DNA of 64,000 nucleotides. It comes from Trichoplax adhaerens. Its lineage: Eukaryota; Animalia; Placozoa. A program made the translations under genes and the position numbers. Position 1 is the stretch's first letter, and every line of letters starts with the position of its first letter. Below are positions 1 through 11,400 of this stretch, piece by piece. The stretch is taken from contig NW_002060943.1 of the NCBI RefSeq assembly GCF_000150275.1, positions 12,595,694-12,659,693 of the forward strand, read 5' to 3'. The notes below the pieces were generated by a model, which was given only the letters and a program-made list of their open reading frames with translations, did no database searches and was not told where the DNA came from.

Positions 1-321
1 CTACAAACTAATGTCCAGTTTCAATTTTACCACCGTAAACTAAGGAAGTTGAGCTCAATAAATGAAGACTCAATTTAAAATTTTTAAGTCTAAATTGAGG
101 AAAATTAGCTGTATAAACTGATATTCATCTTTGATGGCTCATGATGATATCAATCTATTGGTGTTCTACGCGTCCATCGCAAAATTTATTTTTTTAAAAT
201 CACTTGCCGGGAAAATTAAGATCCAACTTAGGAAATGACTATTATTGCCACATTTTACAGCTTAAGGAGTAAATGATTAAAAATCATTTGAGAATATCTT
301 AATTTCACCAATTAAGGGCCA

Positions 322-1875
322 TCATCTAAGATACTCACCTAGATATGACCATAACTCGGCAAAAATCCAAGTGGAAAATAGTGTATTTACTTTATGATTT
401 AATTCAGTAGTACCTGGTGATGGCCCTTCCGTCAATGCGTCTGGTAGAATGTTAGGATCTTCCTGTTGTAATCGTTTGGCGATGTTAAACGACTTTTGCC
501 TCATCATTGAAGCTTCGTCATCTTTTTGCTGTTTCTCGTAGGCATTGGACATATTCTGATAGACTATTCCAACGATCGTATGATTCTCGGTGTATAAGTT
601 TAGATAGATATCGAGTGCTTTATTGTACATAATCAGAGCATCGTCAACGCGATTTTGGTAAGATAATACTAATCCTAAATTATTGTATAACTGAGCAACA
701 TCGGCAAGCTTGTCTCCGTTTACTTTCAGTTGAATCTTTAGGGAATTTTCATACATGAAGAAAGCTTTATCGCAATTATATTGGTGACGATAGATGTCAC
801 CGATACTAGTGTATGAATGAGCCACCTCTAGATGATTTTCTCCGTATAGTTTGAGACGAATTTTTAGAGCTTTGCCAAACATGGAGAGAGCTTCTTTATA
901 GGCAAATTGACGACAATGGATATCTCCCATATCATGGTATAACTGAGCAACATTGGAATGTTGGCATTCTTGTAATTTAAGTCGGATATTGAGCGCCTTT
1001 TGATGCATAGACAGAGCAAGTTCATATTGGCCTTGATGACGATAGGCTATTCCTATATTGTGGTAAGAATTGGCAATATCGAGAGGATTCTCACTTGCTC
1101 GTTCCGATTGAATACTTAACGCTTTTTCATACATTGAAATAGCTTTATCATACATTGATTGATTATCGTAAACTAGCCCGATATTATAGTATGAATGAGC
1201 TACACTGTCGTGTTTTTCTCCAAAAATTTCCACTCCAATATCGATCTTTTTTTGATACATGAGGAGAGCATCATCGTACTTTGATTGCTGAAAATAAACG
1301 TTTCCCATTTTCTGATAAATTTCGGCAACATCGGCATGATTCTCTCCGAGTTTGCTTAATTTAATAGGTAAAGCTTTTTGATACATTATAAGGGCATTGT
1401 CATAGGCATCTTGATCGTAATAGAGACAACCAAGAAGGAAATACGAGGTAGAAATTTCAAGATTGTCTTCATTTTGTAGTATTTCCTTCTTCATTTTCAG
1501 AGACTGGCCGAAATCTTCTATTGCTAAGTCGAATTGCCCCTGTAATCTCTTGCTTTCACCTTGTCTGTCTAGAATTCGAGCAAGTCCTAGATCGTCCGTC
1601 AACTTTTGGGCAATTTTGGAAATTTTTTGACATACTTGATTGACTTTCTTGTGTTTACATTCCTTTATGTAAGTATCAGCAATCTGAAGGTAAATTTCCA
1701 ACTGTACTTGATTGGAATCATTTGTGCGCGCGGGTAAATGTTGATGGTGGGAAAGAGCTCGTCGATAATATTTTCGAGCTTGTCGATAATCTCCATGAGT
1801 AAAACAACTTTGGCCCGCCCGACATAAAAATTCTATTTCTTCGCCAATCTCTGATTTATTTGCTGAATTTCCCAT
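322..1875 (-). CDS. Gene A: TPR-repeat protein (N-terminal helical cap plus 8 tandem 42-aa kinesin-light-chain/TPR_12-type repeats), putative N-myristoylation; probably exon 1 (1875-414) of a gene that continues left of the window
   Basis: 517-aa ORF starting MGNSANKS. 42-aa periodic units: LEISTSYFLLG, ADVAEIYQKMG, DSVAHSYYNIG, LDIANSYHNIG, SNVAQLYHDMG, LEVAHSYTSIG, ADVAQLYNNLG, TIVGIVYQNMS. A phase-1 donor CCAG|gtacta at 414/413 matches the phase-1 donors that end exon 1 in the paralogs. Confidence 0.85.
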   Translation of the reverse strand: MGNSANKSEIGEEIEFLCRAGQSCFTHGDYRQARKYYRRALSHHQHLPARTNDSNQVQLEIYLQIADTYIKECKHKKVNQVCQKISKIAQKLTDDLGLARILDRQGESKRLQGQFDLAIEDFGQSLKMKKEILQNEDNLEISTSYFLLGCLYYDQDAYDNALIMYQKALPIKLSKLGENHADVAEIYQKMGNVYFQQSKYDDALLMYQKKIDIGVEIFGEKHDSVAHSYYNIGLVYDNQSMYDKAISMYEKALSIQSERASENPLDIANSYHNIGIAYRHQGQYELALSMHQKALNIRLKLQECQHSNVAQLYHDMGDIHCRQFAYKEALSMFGKALKIRLKLYGENHLEVAHSYTSIGDIYRHQYNCDKAFFMYENSLKIQLKVNGDKLADVAQLYNNLGLVLSYQNRVDDALIMYNKALDIYLNLYTENHTIVGIVYQNMSNAYEKQQKDDEASMMRQKSFNIAKRLQQEDPNILPDALTEGPSPGTTELNHKVNTLFSTWIFAELWSYLGEYLR

Positions 1876-3368
1876 TAAAAATATGGGGACTGAGATGGTG
1901 ATTGCTCTGTTTTAATACAAGACTTTTCTTTCTTGGATCGTAATAACAAACTGAAAGTGGTGAAAATTTTTCACCTTCAATCTCTCAAGCAATGAATAAT
2001 ATTGCTTGAAAACAAATTACTCCTTTTCTCAGTTAATTTCATTGACGCTTTCACTAGAGCACAAACTTTTTCTATAGATATCAAAAGCGCATTTACTCAA
2101 TCATTTATAGGAATCAATTATAATTATAGTAGAGAATAATTATTACTATCGCACTTTAAGACCGACATTATGAGATATCGCAATTATCATTCTATCGACA
2201 ATGTTTTATTCCCCGACGGCGAATGGCATTTTTAATTAATCTAATTGTGCATTTATATTCAATCTAGATAATAGTCGAGACAATTCTTTCCTTTCCGATT
2301 ACAATTACTTTAATCGGATTTCAATGCAGAAAATGCGGAAGTAATATACTTATTGCATATCTTTATTATTGTCTAATAATAAAAATGTTTTTCCCCGTCA
2401 CAGCCATTGATGGAAGAATCATCATTTGTTCAAATCTAGAGTAATAAAGTTGGCAACGAACAATAATGTCCGAGAGAAAGTCAATCACGAAATCACTTTG
2501 GTCTTTAGTTTACTGTATTTAGATTTTAAAGGAACAGAAACATTTTAGACAAAAAAATAAAAATGGATTCGAGAGCATGTCTGAATGTAAAACTGTACAC
2601 TTAAGTTAATTGGAGATTCTGTTTAGAATCTATCGTCCATAGCTGGTATTCGATTATTCCTCGATGATTTTAGTCCTTTGATAGATATGCCATTAGAATG
2701 GATTTATGATTGACAGTGTCTGGGAGATTAAATGAACTAAATTGATCTATTGACATAGAGTAGATTGCAATAACGTGGTCGAAATGGATCATGGAGAATA
2801 TACCAAGTATGATGTATAATATTGCAATACCATATTATGCTACAACTATGGCAGCTATTTCAGTCAAGATTGAATTTTTATAAAGGACATGTCGATGATA
2901 GCTGGTTATTTTTTCTTATCAAGTGGTCAAGTTTAATTTTATTTAAAACTGAGGAATAAATGAGACTATGATTGTAACCATAATTCTATTTCCGCTATTG
3001 GCATAGCATAGCTGTAGTGAGCTCGGTACACTAATTGACAAACATTGTGAAATTGAAACATTGCACAGTTGAAAATATTTGTACAAGCCTTCTTTCCCAT
3101 GTCAATAGTGTATTTGCATTTAATTACCGTATTACATTGGTCACTAATTAACTAACTCAAATTATCTTCCATAGAAATAAATTCATTATTGGTGCCCACC
3201 GTAATTATAGATTTAAAAACTGAAAATTGTTCAATTATGTAATGATTAATTGCTAAATTCACAATCGTGAAAGTAAAAATAGAAATACTTAGCAATGTAT
3301 AATGTATATAGGCAACTGTGAAACCTTCAACAATACCTATAATAGCTTTGCAAAGTTTAAATAAATAC

Positions 3369-3418
3369 NNNNNNNNNNNNNNNNNNNNNNNNNNNNNNNN
3401 NNNNNNNNNNNNNNNNNN
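3369..3418. other. Assembly gap (50 N)
   Basis: Run of 50 N. Confidence 1.
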
Positions 3419-6400
3419 ACTAATTGGCAATAAGCAAAGAAAGCAGGGCGGAATGTTTTCCTTGCCTTTGATATGATCAACGAAAAGCTAAAACTGACTC
3501 AGTATTTTCTTCCGGAAACTATTTATTATAATATTTCATTAACTTACTCGTACATTGACCATTTTAGATCCGATAACTATATATATGTTATTAATGATTG
3601 CTAATAAATACTAATGTGGCTATTATGATAAGTGTCAAATGTTGCGATAACGATATTTGTTACGGTATACCAAATCTATACTGTACATTGCAAGCTATTT
3701 CGAGGATGTTCATAGAAAATAATTAAGTCGTCACGTTGATTATATCGGTTAGAGCCGCTAGATAGTAAGGTAATAGTAATATTTGTTATGCAAATATAGC
3801 TAAAGCAACTAAAAAAGAAGTTGTCTGAGTGTTTGTCGACTAGAAGACTTAATAAGCATTTAGTTTGCTAGTAGTGGATAAGAAGTACAAATAAATCCTG
3901 GGATTGAAGTTGCTGTTCATCAAATTACAGTAAACGGTATATTCTACACGAAGGGTATAGTTTGGGTCGTTACACCGGCATTAATTGTTTTCCTATAATT
4001 TGCTTTTAAATATTTGTAAGGATTTTGGAATTTAAATACTATAGGAAGATTAGACCTACTGAGCTAGGATAAGTATTGACGATAGGGTAAAAAATAAGCT
4101 GGCTGTATGAGTAGATCATAAAGTTGCTAAAGAAGAAAGTTTTGATCTAGTAGAATAGAGGAAATAGACTACAACTACCTCATCAATAGAGAAAAAGATA
4201 GCGCTTAAGAATTTGTAACTTAATCCTATTTAACGTATAGAAATGAAGTTCTATTAACTGAACTATTGACAGCCCTTCAACTCGTCGTGCAATTACTATT
4301 GATTAATCTATACAAACAGAATCGCTTTTCTTCACACTTACAATTATGATAGAATGGTTTTCATATGACGGTATCATACAAATTGAACATTGCTATTTTA
4401 CTGTTCGCTAGTACTGTTAGTATGAATCTTCAATTTTACCGTACATGGATTTGCTTACTGTAAATGAAATCTAACCCGCACGATATCTGTAATCTGTTGA
4501 CTGTAATTAGCAAGGTATCACTTACTACATAGATATTTTGGATATCCGCGCTTGAATCAACCGATATTTTCCATTACCTAGGATAGCTTAATAAATAGTT
4601 GCATGTATATTTCGTAACCCTTACTGTTTCAAAAATGACAAAAGGAAAGTAAAAGAGAGGTTAACTGTTTTACCTGGCATCTATTATATATTATTGGGCC
4701 TAGAGGAGGCGTGAAATGGAAGGATTAAGAGTGCGAATATGCAGCAAACCTCCTACACTTGCCCATACATAATACGAGTTGAAAAGTTGTGGGAGGGAAG
4801 TAAGGATGGTCAATTATGTCGATGATTCGGGAGAAGGCATCAAGGTCAAAGTAAAGCTTGCAAGGAATACCGGAAAAGAAAGCAATAAAACACACAAGTA
4901 AAGGGAACAACGAAAAGGCACGAGGAGAAAAAGAGACAAGAAAGAGGATTTACAACCAAAAATGTTGCAAATCTCCTTAACTAAAACGTTACGAATCAGT
5001 TTTATGTAGCGTTTCACAATAAGTTATTCATCTAAAGGTAAACCTAGAACCTTGAGATACCAAGAGAGTGCAATTATGCATATACTTATAGTACGTTTAT
5101 TACTAAAATAAAATTGTTAAACTTAATGCTGCTCATGAAGTATTAGTAATTATGAGACGTTAATATCAGCAAGGCTTATACATATAGAGTATGCGTAAGG
5201 AAAAGGATTTGCGCATAAGTTGGCTGAAGAGTTAAGAATAAGTTAGTTACGTGTAAAGAGTACGCATTGATGTCTACACTCCAGGCCAGCACGTGCAAGT
5301 AGGCTGGTGGAACTTTAGCAAGTCGCAAAATACTGTTAATAGTAGTCACACGGTATTAAAAGCAATGAATGACACGAATGAAAATATTGGCATTAATCTA
5401 TTTTACGTAGATTGATTTTTGTCCTTTTATTACGCTTTAGAAGCAATTCTGCTTAGAAGGAATGATAATTAATTTCTAGTGACTTGAAACTTAAAGCATA
5501 GAGAAAAATCCGATGTTAATTACATTATCTTTTCCTTAACTAGATTGCTTTATACTGATACAAATTATACTATATTCAAATATGACTTTATGTAAGACTT
5601 CATGACAGTCTACATTAATTAGGAAAAATACTAACCTTGCACTTCTTATGTACTTTGTAACATCTTTGCTCCAGAGCTAAAGTGTAGAACCGACTTTTTT
5701 TAACTAATATTAGTGTTTATGCTACAGCTGTAAATCGTTGACTGTACGTATGATTATATTTTGTTCTATAAGCCAATGTTGATGTATATTTTGGGAGTCA
5801 GATTACTTGCCATGTACAATATGTCTGTAACGTATCATCTTGCGTGGTTGTTAATATTTGAAGCTCAGAAAACAAGATGCCACCATTTTAAATATAATAA
5901 TTTTAGTCTCATATTACCAGGATTATAATGGCTTCTGTGACCAATCTAACATTATGAACTAACATCTAAGAAATACTATAGTACATATCTGATATTACGG
6001 CAACAGTACTCATTTGCTCTACATGCCATTAAGTATTAATGACGCATGATTCACGAGAGAAATCTTCTACCTCGTGATCAGCTATGCAAGTATTTGCTGA
6101 AACTGCAATGAGATATTTTTAGTTTGAGATAGAAACCTAAACTAAAATATGTAGTATTACTAAACCGATTAAAGATGGTATAGTTTGTGTAACAATGTCA
6201 GATTTATATGGTATATTAGCTACATATAGACAAAGTTAAATTAGAATTTTTACTAGCAGACAATCAGTTCGTTTTATATGCAGCAGTATTCAAAAAGAAT
6301 AATGTAATTATTTTTACAAAGGCTTTCTATGTTCACAATCATAATATTGATGCTCATTTTGAACGAAAGAATCGTTATTATTCGTCAAGAAAATTACGAG

Positions 6401-6552
6401 ATATTTCAGCTACAACGCAAAAAGCGTAACTTTGTAATCTCCTTTTTAGATAAATACAAAATAGTTTAGTCAACCCAATATAATATACGACTATAATTAT
6501 TTTTAATGCTTAAATAACTAGGCATTTTATTTAAATTAGCTCATATCTCATA

Positions 6553-6621
6553 GTCGCAAACTTAACTTGCGAACTTCTACCCTAAATTAATAGATTACTG
6601 ATTCCTAACTCCACTACACCT
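6553..6621 (+). repeat. Dispersed non-coding repeat, copy 1 (copy 2 at 37850-37918)
   Basis: 69-nt ungapped alignment with 12 mismatches (gtcgcaaacttaacttgcgaacttctaccctaaattaatagattact... vs gtcacaaacttatgttgcgaactactacactaaactaatagattact...). Confidence 0.75.
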
Positions 6622-8493
6622 TGAGTTCTCCTGTGCGGTAGTTTTGTACTACTTGCGCTCACACAAGAATAAAACTTTTCTAAAAGTTTAGAATAGTTTT
6701 AAAACTTTTAAACTCTTAAACTCTTTATGTTCTGCTAATATATTCGAAATTGGCTTAATGTAATAGATGTCACATTTATCATTATCTTATTTTTAAACAT
6801 ACGTTTACCAAATTATAACCCACAAGACGAAAAGTGTCACACAGCTCATGATTCTAAATTTAATTATGGTAGCTAGAGTGAAGTCTTTGAACATATAAGT
6901 TCTCATAATTACTGATGTAGGTTGTTTACCAAAGTTTGTATTTGAAATTTCTTTAAGATTAAAAATATTCACAAATCGGCAGTGAATGCTTAAAATTACT
7001 TATTGAGACTTTCTTACCACAGCGTTGTAGCATGTTCTTTCTATATAGAGATTTTTTAATAAATTTCTTTCTAATTTAGATACTTTTATTCTGAGAATCC
7101 AATGGCACCAATGTTGGAAGAATAACGTTATAGATTAAAGAATGCTGTGGTCGTTACTGTATTGTACTTATATGTTAGCGATAGTTTGATGAATAATTTT
7201 GATCAAATTACCAAAATCACGTTCAACGCTTTTATTCATTCGATTATAAAATTCAGTAAACAGAATCAATAGGGTTCAAGTGTTGATTTTCATAAATTAA
7301 TTTTTTAAGCAACGATTAAAAATAGTCAAATAGGATAGTATGTCATACATCAACGTCTATCAAAATGATTGTATGTGCCTAAGCCCATTACTTGTAACCG
7401 ATTCTATATTTAATAATGAAAACCAGCGACGCTGGGGATACTCCCAAAATGTTATGAAAGTACTCATGTGGATTCGGTAGTTTTTTCATATTTTTAAATA
7501 GAGTCATAAAAGTTATTTTCACCGAAATTCTAAATTGAGTGTAAACTTATGCTTGTAAATAAACATACATATTATTATTAAAGTATGAACTAATTTTGGT
7601 AGTGATGATATGATGAAAATTTAGATAAATTTCCTATAAAAGTGGGCCAATAATTTCAATTTAATCTAAACCGCTTATAAAAACCGCTTATGCTTAATGC
7701 ATATCAGTGAGCTGGTAAAAGTAACATATAAGTTTCGAACAAGCTATTATCATTAAGTAAGAAACGCCATACACTACGCATATCGTTGCTGAAATTCATC
7801 AATTACAGTAGCTCAAACTTGTATTGAGATGCCATTAACTGTACTATTTTTATCGTGGTTGGCTTGAATGAAGGCGGAAACAATATTGAATACCAGAATT
7901 GTCTGGCATTCTTATATTAAGATAAACTTACGCAATGAAATAGACATACCAGGCAAATTCGTCAAGGAGCTATGATATGCATTCCTACCTTTTTGCCTAT
8001 CATTGTATACTTGTAAGAAATTAATAAGTCTAAGTCATTGTCTCGTTGTTTTTTGACTTCATTTAAAATTTCAGTTTCCAAGCTTTTCTTCCAATAGCTA
8101 GATAAGATAAAAAATTTTGAAAATCTAGATATTATTTCAAAACGTAATGAATTCGTTATTATATGCTAATGAATACGGATGGAAAATATCTCCGATCTAT
8201 GCCAATTGACTATCTATGAATTCTTTAATTAAATTATATTTATGATGTGCCTAAGCATTAAGATACTTAGATTAAGTATTAGTCTAATTTCGCTGTATCG
8301 ATTAGTAATTTGGCTAAAATATGACCTATCGTAATTCAGTTTTAAAGTCTTTACTAGTTATGAAATTTACGGTTTAAACGGATAATAAAAACTGCATGGC
8401 ATTCAGAAAAATTTACAGTTTTTCGAATAATTCAATGGAAAAAGGCATTTATTACCTAAATTTATACAATTCGCTCTGAGTTGATGCTTTGGA

Positions 8494-11400
8494 TTATAAA
8501 AGTTCTTCGGCGTCATCAGGCTTTCCGTTTAAGAATATTGTATATTTTAATGATTTATTTTACTTCAGGTATATTACGTGTAATATAAGAAAAGTTATAT
8601 TCGGTTTTAGCCTTACCAAAAATAAATAGCAGGACATGGCTTCTTTGACGTTATTCTTTTCATCAGACTCGAGAAGAATTATCTGGCAGAGCTCCGGTGG
8701 AGGAATTTCACTTACTGTGAATTTACACTTAAACATAATACTGGTCGCAAAACTAGTATGCCAGTTAAGGAATAAATCTTTCATGCAGGTTGTATTTGAA
8801 TCGATGGAGTCCTGAACTAAATGACTACTAATAAATTTTACTTTGTAGTAGCCGCCACGTAGAAATATTTCTTCATTTGCATCATTGATTAACTGATACA
8901 ATTTAAGTCTAGAATTCTGTTCAGGTCTGGACTGAACTCCTTTCTTGGTTATACTTATCTTCAAGAACAGAAAGGAGGAAGCTAACTGAATTAATTGAGC
9001 TTGAAATTGAATAGGATATTGCAAAGAAAGAGATGGTATAGGCAGATCGATCTTAATTAATTTTGCTAATGATTGATCAAAAATAGATTGGTCAATCAAG
9101 ACATTAATATTATCACTTTTAATGTAAAATGTTGAAAGTTGTTCGATGGAGAAAACAATACAAGGCTGCTCATGTTTGGTTTCAATTCGTTTATAATCCT
9201 TAGAATCGAATCTATATCCGCTTCTTTCTATGTTTTGGTCAAGCAGTGTTACTTCTGGACATTCCTTGGTACCATTCGAATCATAAACTTGCTGCGGTTG
9301 TAAAATAGGCAATTTTAATTTAGGTGACTTATCATTGCGGACATTAATCAGCAAATCATTCGGCTCTAGTTGAACTACTTGTAGCAGTAATTGGCCAGTT
9401 TTGCTTTCATGGTTATGATAACAGAATGTATCGCTGAAATAATATTTGACAGTAATAATAGTATCTTCCTTTAAACTATCAGCTGGGATATGGAATTCAA
9501 ATCCTGGAAGATTACTTAAGGTAATACAGTTGTCTTCCATGGCTTTGCAGTTTACGCTTTTACGATAGCATTTCATGGTAGCTGAAATTGGAACATCATC
9601 GATATATTTTAATAGTTGCACAAATTGAATACTAACTTTTATATTTTTTAAGTATTTAAAGTAAAAGCTAGAGATGTACTAGTAGAAAGCATAGAATTTC
9701 AGTTACCATTCTGTATGTCATTCTATCATAATATTAACAAATCAGGATACTCAAATTTAATTTGATAACGTCAAAACTAGTTCCAGTTATTACGGAAATT
9801 TTGAGAAAATAATCTAAGATAATTCAAGTTTAGGTAAATATTTTATGATCATTCTGATTTGTGCTTATGATATCATCGGATCATTTATTAACGGATATGT
9901 CATGTACATCCACTTGCCTCTTATTCGATGAGTAATTGCTATCGTTGCTAGTTGAACTAATTGATGTCCAGTTTTTCTAATTTCTTTTAACGAATTCATT
10001 AGTAAACTATCACAAAATAGAGTAAAACTTTTCTTGTTTAAGCATTTTAGAAAATATGTTAGGTAGAGTTTTCTTTCTTCTTCTATAGAAGTCTCAATTG
10101 ATATAGATTGATTCAAATCATAGATTTGCTTGGTAAATGGATTCCATAATGCAGCAGGAACAAATTTATTCCAATTATCGTCAATACTAACTACATCAAT
10201 GATTTGATCGATATCACTGTGTGTCGGGGATAGCTCCCAAATATTGTCTAAGTCGTGTTGTTACAATAAAAAAATAAGAAAATTAGATAAAATTAAAGCT
10301 TAAAATTACTACTCTACCAGTGATTCATGGAAATGCTTGTTAGTTTACCTCATTTGTTGATATATACTGTTATAATTAAATGCAGATGAAAAAAGCTAGG
10401 AAATATTGTAATTCTGCATATTGAAAGTTTAGTGGAATATCGAAAAAACTGCTTCTGTTAATTATTGATAGTATTTATCGTTTTAATTACTGTATTATTT
10501 GCTGATCAGTTATAGGGCTTAAAAATTTTAATTATGAGGTACTTCTGTTCAAAAATGACAATATGAAGATATCTCCTTACAACTATATTCGATTGCATAC
10601 TCAAGCTTTAGTCTGTACACATGATCATTAGTTTAGCTGGCGATCTTTTCCTTTTAAATGTTTACTTTAATCAATCAAGGCACATCTTAACTTCTAGTAC
10701 ATTAACAAACTGCCAATTAAAATCCTATTGCACGATTCTTTAATTCAAAATTACGTTAACCTTTTCAGTGATGTCATTTAAAGGACGCTACACTTAGATA
10801 TAACAGTAATTCAAAGAAAAACTCTTAAATTTTAATTTATAGCATACCCTTGACATTTACTTTGTTCCCTAGATTCCAATCGTCTAGAGCTTTAAAACTC
10901 ATGGGAGAGTAACATTCTTGGCATTTGATTTGTTGATAACCAAGACGTTGATGAACGTCGGTTATACCATTTAATCGCTGACATAGATCGCATTTAAGGT
11001 AAAATTGACCACGAATATTTTCGAATTTTGGCATTTTCTTATTTGTAATTGATATCAATTCCTCTAGCAAGACTGAATGTGGACTAAACTTATCAATAAA
11101 ATTTTTAACATTATGAACTAATGTATTTTTTGATGTAGAATTATCCAATATTTCATATTGATATTGCATTGCTACGGTGGATTTTTCTTTTTTGACTACA
11201 ATACAATATTGGTTATTTAAAAAAAAATATTTAGCATAACGATGGAAGAACTGGACTAATGGATTTCCCCATTCTTTGAGACATGATGATATAAGATCTC
11301 GAAAAAGATTATCTGGAATATAAGGCACTTGATCTTGTACATTATATCCTACATGAAGCCAGTCTGATTTTTCGTAGGGTTTTATTGTATTAGGTTCCTC

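Noticed and set aside
4725-5017. Two hydrophobic minus-strand ORFs
   Set aside because: They reflect a purine-rich plus strand; no recognisable motif, and the plus-strand frame is interrupted by stops. I also found no LTR termini or TSD here.
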